DNA of 63,268 bases, counting the filler, from Octopus bimaculoides (Eukaryota), in assembly GCF_001194135.2 (NCBI RefSeq). It is 6 parts of 5 records of this genome, joined end to end, with 100 filler letters (N's around TTAATTAATTAA, not from the genome) between each part and the next. Parts side by side here need not be neighbours in the genome. Positions count along the whole stretch, not along the records: positions 32,531 to 39,016 come from NC_069006.1; positions 39,117 to 58,233 come from NC_068981.1; 4 more parts are not named here. One strand, 5' to 3'. Shown piece by piece: positions 38,504 to 51,447 of this stretch. The notes below the pieces were generated by a model, which searched no databases, had not been told where the DNA came from, and saw only the letters and a program-made list of their open reading frames with translations. The translations under genes and the position numbers were made by a program. Positions within the stretch are counted from its first letter, which is position 1. Every line of letters begins with the position of its first letter.

Positions 38504-39116
38504 TATAGATGTTAGTAAAGATACAATAAAGTAAAAGTAATATAAAAATAAAGGTAAAAAAGAAGATAAAAAGCATGAAAAATAAATAATAAATAAAAAG
38601 TAAAGAAAAATATAAGTGTATGTAAAATATATAGTATATAAATTTAAATAAAAAGAAAGAACAATACTTAAATGTGGAAGAGAAGAATTATGTTAAAATA
38701 AATGAAGGATGAGTTAGTGAAAAAGATTATTTGTAAACTGTTACAGATGAATTATTTTCATTGGTTTCATAACACATATACGCATACATACACAAACATG
38801 TACATACACACACGTATGTATGTATATCTCTATGTATGTGTGTTTGTATATGTACAGACAATGATATTTCTCTCTCTCCAAATAGAGTACCTTTTTGTTG
38901 ATCCTACCATCACGGAACAGTACATTATATGTATGTGTGTGTGTGTGTATGTGTGTGTGTGTGTGTGTGCGTGTGTGTGTGTATCTATATATATATGTTA
39001 TGATATACATATATAANNNNNNNNNNNNNNNNNNNNNNNNNNNNNNNNNNNNNNNNNNNNTTAATTAATTAANNNNNNNNNNNNNNNNNNNNNNNNNNNN
39101 NNNNNNNNNNNNNNNN

Positions 39117-39151
<35 letters not shown>

Positions 39152-39420
39152 ACACACAACCCCATGCACACATGCATACACAAACTCACATACACACACA
39201 CACATAATATATACGTACACGCACACACATACATACACATATGCACATACATACAGACACACGTACACGCACACACATACACTCACACGCACACACATAC
39301 ACACACATACACACACATACATACAGACACACACAGACACAGGCACATACTGCACACAAAACACACACACACACACACATACATACACTTACTATTATTA
39401 CACACATTCACATACGCACA

Positions 39421-39463
<43 letters not shown>

Positions 39464-39859
39464 CTGTGCGCACGCATATACACACACATACCTCCTTCTC
39501 TTGCACTCTCCTGTCTTAGAAAGAACTTTTTTTTCAACCATTCCCTTCTGGTCATTTCAAAATGTAACCATGTGTGTATCATTGGCGATTTTCTTCCTCC
39601 ATCTTCCCTTCTTTTGGACTTTCCTCTATTTCTGAAAAAGAGCTTTGCTCGAAATGTAAAATCCTCTTTCTTTCCTTTCCTGAGCATCTGATAGTACCGT
39701 ACTTGTACCACATCCTCGCGTTGTTGTTTTTTCTTGTTTGTTCTTCTTTGTTTGGATTCACTATATATATGTGTGTGTATGTGTGTGTGTGTACATATGT
39801 GTATGTATATATACATATATGTATATTAGAAGGTTTGGAGGTGATGTACAGGTATTATA

Positions 39860-41377
39860 TATTAGAAAAAATAAGGTACTCAGAGATCTGGATGGTTGTA
39901 CATTTACAGATTTTTATTAATATGTCATATGTTTTTATAAATCATATATGAGCAGTTTCATATAGTAGATTATATGCAACTGTAAAGGAATGAGGACAAA
40001 GTGACACTTACTGGAGATGAAACTGATTCATGTGCCATTGAACTGGCTCCTGTGCAGGTGACATGTAAAAACACCATTTGAGCGTGGGCGTTGCCAGTAC
40101 CGCCTGACTGGCCCTCGTGCCGGTGGCATGTAAAAGCACCCACTACACTCTCGGAGTGATTGGCATTAGGAAGGGCATCCAGCTGTAGAAATTCTGCCAG
40201 ATTAGATTGGAGCCTGGTGTAGCCATCTGGTTCACCAGTCCTTAGTCAAACCGTCCAGCCCATGTCAGCATGGAAAGTGGACATTAAACGATGATGATGA
40301 TGGTGATGATGATTACAAAATACACTAAAACCAAGGCAACATCTTTTGTTTCTTAACAAAACCCTAATAGGTATGTTTATTAAAAAGGAGGGGGGAAATA
40401 ATTGATGGTAAAACACTTATCTTAAATATATTTATGTAAAAACAAAAGAAAAAATTGTATGATTAGGAAAATGAATGACTAAAAATCAGTTTAAGAGGGA
40501 ATAAAAACCAATGAGAAAAAAAATATTCGAGTTTTTTTTTTTGCTTTGTTTTGTGTATGAAGAATTTTTTTTTTTTTGTTATATCTGAAGTTCTCATGAA
40601 AGTAAGCTTCTGAGGAAATAGTTTTCATGCTGCTGAGCTGAATCTGCATTACATGGAAGGTCTCATTCTGACACAACCAAATGTTAAGAAGTGTTTATAA
40701 TATGAATGGTTTGAATGAGAGGTTAAATCATGAATGAAAAGTCAGGGAAGAATGAGAATACTTATAGCTGTCTCCACGACAGTAGCAGGATAAACACCTG
40801 CGACCTAACAGTGTTATATACATTTGCAACAGCAGTGACAATAATAACAGCAGTAATGCTGGTTAATAGTTAAAGGATCAAATAAAGAGACAGATAGAAA
40901 GAGAGCTGGATGCCTGTCATCTTAATAGTGTGTATGAATGCTAATGGCAAGCTTAGGATTATGCGTTTGTCTTCAGTAAACTGCTGAAACTAGATAGAGG
41001 CAGTGAAGTTCTTTCTGCCTGCCAGTCTACAGCAGTATAATGAATGGTAGGAAATAAATTAGCAAAAGAAATGCCAATCACTCCGAAAGTGTAGTGGGTG
41101 CTTTTACATGTCACTGGCACGAGGGCCAGTCAGGCAGTACTGGCAACGCCCACACTCAAATGGTGTTTTTACATGTCACCTGCACAGGAGCCAGTTCAAT
41201 GGCACATGAATCAGTTTCATCTCCAGTAAGTGTCACTTTGTCCTCATTCCTTTACAGTTGCATATAATCTACTATATGAAACTGCTCATATATGATTTAT
41301 AAAAACATATGACATATTAATAAAAATCTGTAAATGTACAACCATCCAGATTTCTGAGTACCTTATTTTTTCTAATA
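39860..41377. repeat. Inverted segmental duplication: 39860-40167 vs 41070-41377 (308 bp each)
   Basis: Arms include unique AT-rich flank plus half a SINE; only a handful of substitutions, mostly transitions at CpG. Confidence 0.85.
40030..40292 (+). mobile_element. SINE family C with (GAT)n tail
   Basis: Matches 1-245. Confidence 0.85.
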
Positions 41378-41989
41378 CATATATGTATATACACACACAC
41401 ATATGTAATATAGATATAANNNNNNNNNNNNNNNNNNNNNNNNNNNNNNNNNNNNNNNNNNNNNNNNNNNNNNNNNNNNNNNNNNNNNNNNNNNNNNNNN
41501 NNNNNNNNNNNNNNNNNNNNNNNNNNNNNNNNNNNNNNNNNNNNNNNNNNNNNNNNNNNNNNNNNNNNNNNNNNNNNNNNNNNNNNNNNNNNNNNNNNNN
41601 NNNNNNNNNNNNNNNNNNNNNNNNNNNNNNNNNNNNNNNNNNNNNNNNNNNNNNNNNNNNNNNNNNNNNNNNNNNNNNNNNNNNNNNNNNNNNNNNNNNN
41701 NNNNNNNNNNNNNNNNNNNNNNNNNNNNNNNNNNNNNNNNNNNNNNNNNNNNNNNNNNNNNNNNNNNNNNNNTAAAGTTTTCACGCCACAAATTTTAGAG
41801 GGTGCAGGTGAATCCTCTTGCACCCCCTGTTGCCAGGCTCTTGCATACGAGTACCCTGAACATAATTTCTCAAGCAGATACAGTATGGGATAAGCCTATC
41901 TATTTAAAGTACAGTTCATCTGACGGGCTTCTCTACAGTTTCCATGACTCATTTTTACTCACAATCTATAGAAGAAACTTTAGAAAATA

Positions 41990-42228
41990 AGTAAAGATTA
42001 TTTGCCAACACAATGTGGCAGTCCTGTTTTAGGACGAATGTTACTCTTATCTAACCCCAGGAACCATCGTCTCCAGCTGGCTATACGACACACTATCTGT
42101 GTCCTTATATTTTCGAACAAGGGAGTTCTGCATCCCCACTCAGCCAGCTGGAGCCGATGTTTCCTGGGGTTAAATAACGCAACATTCGTCCTAAACCAGG
42201 ACTGCCACGTTGGCAAATAATCTTTACT
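41990..42228. mobile_element. MITE-like element with about 90-bp terminal inverted repeats
   Basis: AGTAAAGATTATTTGCCAAC...CTCCAGCTGGCT vs AGCCAGCTGGAG...GTTGGCAAATAATCTTTACT; short spacer; TA adjacent to the ends. Confidence 0.75.
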
Positions 42229-42800
42229 CTAGAGTACTGTTACTGAATATGTCTCCCGTTGAGAGATTTACAAATAGAAATTCTGTTTTATTGGAAATGA
42301 CTTTTGATCAAAATGGATAAAACCAGGGAACTTAACCATTCGGCTGTACTGCGCCTATTAATTTTAGATTAGCCAAATACTAATTATTTTCATGGATCTC
42401 GTTACCTTAGTATTGTTTACATATCATCATGCATTACAACGTTAAGCACACTGTATTAAGATGTTAAGCACACTGTATTAAAATGTTAAGCAGACTACAA
42501 ACAGCGTCACCCACACTAAGCGAAATATCTTAGTAACGAAATAATTCGTTGCACAAGCAACTACTATGCGATGTGTGTTGTATCTAAGCAAGGTGTCGTG
42601 AATAGCCACTAACGACATTGTTATGATAAATCAGATATATCTGAAAGGTCTGTGTAACTCAAAATCAGAATTGATTACGTAATTTGTGTCACCGTACGTA
42701 ATGCCAGAATAAACTGGCATTAAGTGCGGTGACACAAATTACTTATAGGATAGGAGTGATCAATCTTCTGTTTTCTTTGAAAAAAAAGAAAAAAAAAATT

Positions 42801-42892
42801 GCGCCGACGAACGAGGCGGGTGAGGACTGGACTCGGAAAATTCACAATGTGAATTTTCCGAGTCCTCTTCCCACTCTTTCGTTCGTCTGCGC
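42801..42892. repeat. GC-rich long hairpin with perfect 18-bp inner palindrome
   Basis: GGACTCGGAAAATTCACA-A-TGTGAATTTTCCGAGTCC (42829-42865); outer arms GCGCCGACGAACGA / TCGTTCGTCTGCGC (1 mismatch). Confidence 0.85.
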
Positions 42893-43021
42893 GCATTTGT
42901 TTTTTACTATTTGTTTTACACTATTTTTTTTTGTTTTTGTAATCGGGTCCTAAACTAGAGAGGAACCAGGTTTTCAAGGTCGCCACAGTGTCACACGGGA
43001 AACAACTGCTACGAGAATGAG

Positions 43022-43143
43022 TATAGAGTGCGTGTGTTTATTTGGCAAGAAAAACAAAAATAATAAACAAACCCCAAAAAACCATCACGTAATATAACAA
43101 TACCTGTTTCAACACAAGATTTTACATAGGAACCTTGCAAAAC
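43022..43143 (+). mobile_element. Diverged copy of the Penelope-associated repeat
   Basis: AGTGCGTGTGTTT.TT.GGC and CTGTTTCAACACA.GATTT.ACAT...CTTGCAAAAC shared with 18890-18992. Confidence 0.55.
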
Positions 43144-43449
43144 AAATGCATAAACATAATAACGTGAGTCTCGACCAGGCTATAATGACGTTGAAAAACA
43201 CTATATTTTGCTTTCTGAAAAAGCATTACAAAATGGTGTCATCAAAAATGATGGAAAATGGTGCATAACAACAAGAGAAACTATTGACAAATGTCAGCAA
43301 TCGAGTAAATATATGTACGTACACAGAACTGAACCATTTGAACAATCAAACAGTTGTAAACGTTCCGGTTGAAAATGTTAGTCTACGTAGTCTCTCTCTT
43401 TGTCTGTCTCTGTCTCTGCCTGTCTCTCTCCCTCCCCCCTCTCTCTCTC

Positions 43450-43580
43450 ATGGCTGTGTGGTAAGAAGTTTGCTTCCCAACACATGATTCCGGATTCAGT
43501 TCCATTGAGTGACACCTCAGGCAAGTGTCTTCTAGTGAGTGGATTTGGTAAACGGAAACTGAAAGAAGCCCATCGTATAT
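43450..43580 (+). mobile_element. SINE family A 5' part, internally deleted
   Basis: TGGCTGTGTGGTAAG...GTGAGTGGATTTGGTAAACGGAAACTGAAAGAAGCCC then (AT)n and gap. Confidence 0.8.
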
Positions 43581-44698
43581 ATATATATATATATATATAT
43601 ATATNNNNNNNNNNNNNNNNNNNNNNNNNNNNNNNNNNNNNNNNNNNNNNNNNNNNNNNNNNNNNNNNNNNNNNNNNNNNNNNNNNNNNNNNNNNNNNNN
43701 NNNNNNNNNNNNNNNNNNNNNNNNNNNNNNNNNNNNNNNNNNNNNNNNNNNNNNNNNNNNNNNNNNNNNNNNNNNNNNNNNNNNNNNNNNNNNNNNNNNN
43801 NNNNNNNNNNNNNNNNNNNNNNNNNNNNNNATGTTACCAACTGGGGACTATGTGTGTCGCAGTGATAATAAAAAGACCCAAAGGAGGTCTGCAACGAAAT
43901 AATTTTACTCAACACTTTGCAAGTGAATCAGTGGAGGCAAAGATGCGTCTCATTTACTTGACAATTTATGCACCACATTGCAGAAATCTGTTCCGTTGAA
44001 TTACAGATAATGCTCATCTGTTATGTTCTGGTTAAAATTTCATCAACATCAAAAATATATGAATTTTGATGGGAGTTATGGCCGTTATACATAGAATATA
44101 ATTTCCAAATTTCATAAAGATTCGTTCAGTACTTTTGACGTAGTTTTGGATAAGAAAACAAATGACTAATGTGTGATCACACACACACAAGATATCCACT
44201 TTTCATGCTTGCATAGAATGTATGTATTTATGTATGTATGTATGTATGTATGTATGCATACTGTTGAGGAGGGTTTACTAGAAACACAGCAGGGCTAAAA
44301 ACAAAAGAACAGATGAACCTAGTGTAGGCTCTGCGTCTGTCAAGCGATAGGGAGTGGGCACACTCAGAAGTTCCGTGTTGGTGTCCGACATGTTGGAAGA
44401 CCACTGGGAATGAAGCACCTCTTAGCTTTTGTTAATGCATGTCTCTAGGAGAAAGTCATTCTGATATGAAACAGGATATGCAAGGAATGGCACTGGACAT
44501 TTTGGGTGTCTTTTGCTTGTGTTTGGGAGTCTTTTGCTTGCTTGCAGCCCATATTGGTACTAGATCCCCTGCAGTAGCTTGTCACTGGATTATATGTCAG
44601 TTGGGTAGAGAGGGACTATGGCATGTTGTGAAAGCCTTAATGGATATAAAATTTTGCACAGACATTGCTTTGTCAGTGATGGGTCATACTCGTTACAA

Positions 44699-44748
44699 GT
44701 TGACAACTATTATATATATATATATATATATATATAATAGTTGTCAAC
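44699..44748. repeat. Perfect 50-bp palindrome centred on (TA)13
   Basis: GTTGACAACTAT-(TA)13-ATAGTTGTCAAC. Confidence 0.9.
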
Positions 44749-45514
44749 ACACACACATAAACACACATACACACNNNNNNNNNNNNNNNNNNNNNNNNNN
44801 NNNNNNNNNNNNNNNNNNNNNNNNNNNNNNNNNNNNNNNNNNNNNNNNNNNNNNNNNNNNNNNNNNNNNNNNNNNNNNNNNNNNNNNNNNNNNNNNNNNN
44901 NNNNNNNNNNNNNNNNNNNNNNNNNNNNNNNNNNNNNNNNNNNNNNNNNNNNNNNNNNNNNNNNNNNNNNNNNNTATATATATATTTATATATATATATA
45001 TATATATATATAATAGTTGTCAACACACACACATAAACACACATACACACACAGACACACAGAGACCCCCCCACACGCGCGTTAATAATATTGAAAGTGA
45101 AAACGAGTTGGTGGATAAATATTCTTCATTTGTAGGTTAACAAAGGTACCAATGGTTTCATGTAGTGAGGGATCTCTTTGTTAACACGCAAGTAAAATAA
45201 CAAGTACATACAAACATACATACATACATACATACATACATACATACATACATACATACATACATACATACATACATACATACATACATACATACATACA
45301 TACATACATACATACATGCATACATACATACACACACATCCATACACACACATACATACATATATACATACATACATATACAGTCGTGTGTGTGTTTGTG
45401 AAATTTGTTATAATATATAGGGTACCATTTGATAACAATTTAATATTTAGGTGAAAATATTCTTCCATTCCTTAGAGACTTAATAATTTTAAGATCAATC
45501 TATTCATGCTTAAG

Positions 45515-45935
45515 TGTCAGTGGATTTCCCGTTTCCAGAAGTGAATGCTCTTAATTTATTCAAATAAGAAATTTCTTGAATCACATCAACAACAAGGAAG
45601 CAATTAAATCTAAGATTAACTGGTATTAATAGATTTTGAATTCAAATCCTACTGAATTGACTTCGGGAACCAAAGAAGAAATACCTGTGAGTTATTTCCC
45701 TTGTAAATTGACTATAAAAATTCGTTCACCATTAAATCCTTGTTTAATGTCAGTGGATTTCCCGATTTCAGAAGTGAATGCTCTTAATTTATACAAGTAA
45801 GAAGTTTGTTTAATCACACCAAGAACAATGAAACAACAAAACATAGATTAAATGGTATTAATAAATTCTCAATTCAAATCCTCCGTATTGATATCAGGAA
45901 CCAAAGAAAGAAATATTTATGAGTTATTTCCCTTG
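45515..45935. repeat. Diverged direct duplication, period about 233 bp
   Basis: TGTCAGTGGATTTCCCG..AGAAGTGAATGCTCTTAATTTA at 45515 and 45748; both units end GAGTTATTTCCCTTG. Confidence 0.85.
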
Positions 45936-48414
45936 CACTGTATATCCATTGCAGTGTTTGAAGATTGATCTAAAATGTCTCATTTATATTCAACATATAA
46001 TTTCTAAATAAATTCAAATTTGGAGTAAAAATTAGGCGCACTAATTATATAAAAAGCAGTATACCTGTCAAAATGATACCAATATGATGTTCACAAGTCA
46101 CACAAAGCTCGACCCTCGCCTACGAACCATACACCCTCTCCTCTCACAAAACCTGAATTCACGTCACATTGTGATTGGTCCTGCTCTCGCCTTTGTCAAC
46201 ATTATTCCGTAAGAAATCAAAGAAGAAAAAAACCCATAAATTTTTCAAACAATATCTGGACAAATTCGTACAAGTAATTCCAAACAAAACACTGACACTT
46301 TGATTATTTTGGCAAACAACTATTCCCTATTTAAGTGAGCTATGTTGTCCTAAAAAGTGACTAAAAAGACTACTCCAGATAGTGCTATAAACTTAGACAT
46401 GGCCTGAATCAATAATAGTCAAAACCTATTTCAGTTATCTAAGTTACCTATGCTATAAAAATACGACAATTTCTATCATATTTTTTACGTGAATCACTTT
46501 TATAATTCTAAACTGTCGACCTTTAACTGTTTTTCTGTTATGTTTGGCTTGTTTGTTCTACAGGATTTTTGTTGTTATATGGAATTGTATGAAATGTGTA
46601 GAAAAGAATTCTATTTGGGCAAAAGACACCATCTAGTTGTCTCACTCCACTTGCTATATAAATATAAGATAACAAGCAACAGTGTTATATACCACCAAGA
46701 AAATGTAATGTAATATACAATTTAATATTATCCTTATTTGCAGTAAAAGAGAGGGCTTCAGAGCTCTACATTTTTGTTTAGCAGACCAATCGAGGCCCCT
46801 GTTATCTACCTTTGGGTGACTAGTGCATTAGTTCTGTCTCGGGAGTTCAATAGGCTGACACACTTGTCTGGCACTGTTTGTGTTGAGGGTCCGACTTTGA
46901 TTTGAAACTACGGTGCATTGATCCTACTCCAACCAGATAAGATTCTAACTAATTGATGACCAAGAGACGTGACTGTAGGGGTCTTGAAGTAAATTGTTCT
47001 TAATGTAAATGTTGGATATTCAACTGCACATCTTTGAAAATATGGTTACGGTGGATTTATTCAACGAATTATTCTCCTCCATTATAATCACCCGTTAATA
47101 AAGTGAGTTTCCTTTCAAAGTTCAGTATCTGATCTTGAATTCAAACGCAAAGTTTTTTTTCAGAGATGCTATAACTGAAACATTTACTCAAAAATATCAA
47201 TGTAATTGATCCCCATAAAGCAATTTTTTGTTTGTTCTCAGGAATTAGTTACCGAATCCTAAGTTAGATTACAGTCTGAGGGTTAGTGCCACTTGTTTAT
47301 AACCTCATTTTGTTGTCCCTGTGAATTCTGATGGCCTAATTTATGAGAAACTCGAAAGTTTTGTCAATGTTAAACTCATTTTGGAAACATTTACCCAAGC
47401 AGCACTTCCCAATCGATTCTCTAGGTTTGGGTTAACATAAATGCTTATCCTTACATGTCCTTGCTTCCTTTCTTCTGGTTTTGCTTGCTCCCTTCTAGTA
47501 GGCAACATTTTCTCTATTACATCATGGACTGGCTCTCACAAGGAAGGGGATAAAAATAATAGTAGAAGGGGCTGCGGTTGTTAGTTCTAGTGTAGGGTAA
47601 ATCGTCTCCAAATACTTGGGACAATTTATAATTGAAACACATTTTCAATGCTCATCTTAAATAAATATGGTGTCACTTAAGGTGTCCCTTTCTGTAAACG
47701 TTAATTGAGTTGAACATCGATGGTTTTCTTTGCTCTAGTGAACTCCACTGTTCCAGTGCTCACAGTGTCAGAACCGATGGAGAATGAGGCAATGGTGTTG
47801 CAAACCCCTCGATTCTGGAGGTCTTCACAGATTGCCATTTTGTCTGAATGTGGGAGCTTTGCTTGCCCCAACGAAATAAACTTCATTATTAAACGAGTTC
47901 TTGTGACAATAAATATCCCGTTAGTTCTGATGGGTGAGGGTGTTATTCCATCCATAGATTAATGGAATAAGATACTGAAATATTGCAAGCTATTAGTGTC
48001 CTATCTCAGACGATGCTTATGTTGGCCATGAAGTTGGAACAGCCTTAAGAGATTTTGGTTATCTCATAAATTTTTAGAGAACATCAGTGTCCTCTAGGGC
48101 ATGTCGCTTTATTCCGTTATTTATTTACTGATTTCTTTGTTTTTTATTCCTTATTTTTTAATAGTGCTACTATTTACTTTTGTAAATTGCATTCTTTGTT
48201 GATAAATAAAGAATACATTGAATTTAATTTTTATTTAGTTTATTTAAAAATTTAATTTTATTTGATATAAATGTTTAGAAATGTTAAGCTCATAAAGTTC
48301 GCCTACTTTGAAAGAGAATTGCATTTTTAAGAAAGATGTTCATAAAAGCAAACCAAATGAATTGTACTCATGTTGAGAAGAATTTCCTTGATACAGAACA
48401 ATGATAAATATTAG

Positions 48415-48420
48415 TTTATT
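48415..48420 (-). terminator. Candidate polyadenylation signal AATAAA for the minus-strand gene
   Basis: TTTATT on plus strand about 115 nt past the stop codon at 48536. Confidence 0.4.
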
Positions 48421-48535
48421 GAATAACTGGATTTTCATTTACATTTGAATACCGTAGAGCATAGACTTATGAAGATGAATAAGTTAGTTACATAATTTTG
48501 TAAAGCTAACGACAAATAAAAGAAATTAACCTGAA

Positions 48536-48894
48536 TTATAGGTACAATTCAATAAGGTATATTGAAAAAGATAGTAAAATCAATTGCATGCTGTTGACAA
48601 TAGCTGTGGAACCACCAGTGGTGCGTGAATATTGGTAAGCCTTATTGTCATTCCCAGCATTTTCAGGAATGCATGCATCAGTAGTCTGAGACCAAACAAA
48701 ATCTTTTGGGCAAGACATGATATAATATTTATAGGTATCCAAGCACTTCACAAATATTCTGGGATCTGTGTAAGGAAAATATATATCTTCTTTTTCAATA
48801 GCACTTCGACTGCAAACATTTGGCATTTTGCAATATGGTAACCCGCTTGAATTTACCAAATTTCCGGAACATGGCGTTTCAATATTTTCAAAAC
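48536..48894 (-). CDS. Terminal exon: chitin-binding type-2 (peritrophin-A/CBM14)-like domain + hydrophobic, GPI-signal-like tail
   Basis: Acceptor ttcttctctgttttag, phase 1; NVC.....YFPYTDPRIFVKC......IMSCPKDFVWSQTTDAC fits the YF...F..C...M.CP...W...C pattern; ends TTGGSTA + about 20 hydrophobic residues. Confidence 0.8.
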
Positions 48895-50274
48895 CTAAAA
48901 CAGAGAAGAAATAGTCTAAAACAAAGAATCTCAAATCGAGGTATGCACACTTCTAAAATTTACGCAAAAGGAATCGCGTAGATATGCGAGGTTTGTATGT
49001 AATCATTGGAATTTTGAAGTAATCTCAACCAACTAAACGCAACTCGTGTATCTAGAAAATGTGTGGAAAGCCTTTTGCTATTTCCATTTACTTATCATCA
49101 TGAAAAATAAATTTTGAGCGAAAATGTCAACTGAGAATGATAAATGGATATGCCTCTTTGAAACTTCACCAACAATTGAGTTACTTTAACAAGAACCAAA
49201 CTCACCCATCTTATTGAAAATGTAAAGGTAAATTGAATTAATATCTTTTTCTTGGCACAACATCCGAAAATTTGGAGGAGGGAACAATCAGTTAATAATA
49301 TATATATATTTATTGTATGTTATATGGTATTCAACCATTTTACACTATATTCTTCACATGGGGTACTCTAATGTTGCTAGGTATGAGGAAGAGAGTCCCT
49401 GAACTAAAGTGATATTTGATAATACTTTCATATTCCATAAGGAGTTTATGACTGTTGAATTGGGTTTGCCACCGGCACTCAAGTAGTCTGAGTAAAATTA
49501 TTCATAGATGATATGGATATCTTTTATCTTTCATATTCGTTTCAGTCAATAGACTGTGGCCATACTGGGGCACTGCCTTGAAGGTTTTAGTCGAACAAAT
49601 CGACCCCCAGGATTTTTTAAAAGTCTAGTAGAATTTGATTTAGCGATCTCTTTTGTCGAATCACTAAGTTACGGGGACATATAGTGTGCAGAGAGAACTA
49701 CGAATGTAAAAACCGCCAGGCCCATAAAGATATGTCCACATTATTGATTAGGTAGTCGTCCAACATGCAAATATTGTTTCTGTATATAGGTTGTCAACCT
49801 GACAAGATACCAAGTCATCGTCAATTTTGCATGACGGCCATAGTTGTTTCCCTTCACCTCTACAACTAAAAAAGTATTCATCCTTATCATTATCATCAGT
49901 ATAACTAATGGCAGTGGCTGGTAGACTCAACCGTACAAAGTACTTTGGGATATTTGGTTGAATTCATATGTAGGCAAACGCAAATGTTTTAGTTATGAAT
50001 TGGTGTCAATTAAATTGACTGCTCTTCTCCACCTCAAAAAAATTTAATTCTGTCATCATGAGTACAGTTTTTCCTGAAGTTGTGTGCAATATTGTATTTC
50101 AGAGAAAGTAGAGTTCTTCATGTTACACTGAATTTGCTGTTTTATTTTGTCGCTACTTGAGTTATTTTATTGTTGTTATCTGCAGTGGAAATTTGGTAGA
50201 ATTGACAGGTGATTATATAAGATGTACAGAGTGAGTTGTGTTATTGAATTAAGCATTCGTACATTTGTTTTTAC

Positions 50275-51260
50275 ATTGAGGAAAGCCTTTGACAAGGGCC
50301 CATGCTATCTAGTTTTATAATCACATAAAAATGTAAATGTAGATGAATAATATCTGAAAGTTGTTCAAGCCACATGCAAGGGTGTTGTTTGCAAGGCTAG
50401 AAGCTTCAGCGAATTAAATGGAAAATTAAGTACACTTTTTCTATTCATTATGATTATTTTTCGTTACAATGCAAATGGTTAGCTTAAATTATTCTTGGAA
50501 ACTTTATATGCTGAGCAAAATCTATCAAAATGTTGCAGAAAAAGTTCCAAACAGTCTGCACACACCATGTTAGAAGTGACAGAGGGAGAAATTTGGAATT
50601 CGATAGTGAATAATGTATATGCAATAATGGGCCACAGAATAGGCAGATAGTCTTAGGTAAATCGACAGAATTATAGTCTTAAGCTGCAGTAAACAGATAT
50701 ACAAAGGTAACTAGCATTACATATACACCTGGAATGAGATTCATGAACTGTTTGGAACCCCATTGGCTAAGTAAGCTAATCAGTGGATGAGGTTGTAATA
50801 AAAGTTTAGTTTAATAGCTGAAGTAATAACTGGGAAGCAGTTAAAAAATCTATGGCTTCTGAGTGGGTAAATGTTTGCTCTCTCTGCGCAAAAGCAGACA
50901 TCAGATACGTGTAAGAAATGTGAAACTGCCACTAAAGGAATCAAAATGGGTATGGTTTGACTTGTGTAGCATTAACTTGTATAAACATTGTGAGTTAAAA
51001 TAACTTGTATAAAAAGTTTTCATAAAATCTTAGAGTCCAAAAGTTTGAGTGAATCAGAAAATCTTAAATAATACCTACAACTAAAAATATAAAAGTAGGG
51101 GAGGCAACTCTCAAATTAATATTTCATGTAGAGCGTCAGTGTAATGCAGGGGAGACAACTTCATCGATATGGCTTGAATGGTGCATGAGAGATAGGCGAA
51201 AAAGTACTATAGCTGTTTCTAGAGGATTCTTGTCGAGAGGAAAACGTAGGAAGAAATGAT
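50275..51260 (+). mobile_element. Heavily decayed RTE-like LINE inside the intron of the minus-strand gene
   Basis: Remnants EKAFDK.P, WKL(L)YA, and a 3' GR..RK-like motif in co-linear order; many stops. Confidence 0.5.
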
Positions 51261-51447
51261 GACATCAGAATTTAAGGCGCCATACTTCATAGAAGAATCT
51301 AAATAAATAAGTAAATAAATAAATTACAGAACGAGTGACAACATGCGTTACGTCTGCCTTAAACATCAATCCTGAAAATGATGAATTTTTAGATAAAAAT
51401 AATGTAAAATTATAAAAAAAGCAAAGAATGACTTCCCTGTCACTCAC

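Noticed and set aside
49748-49960. Cys-containing minus ORF inside the intron of the chitin-binding gene
   Set aside because: No convincing acceptor/donor pair in the required phases and no recognisable domain; the flanking exons splice in phase without it. Unresolved rather than excluded.
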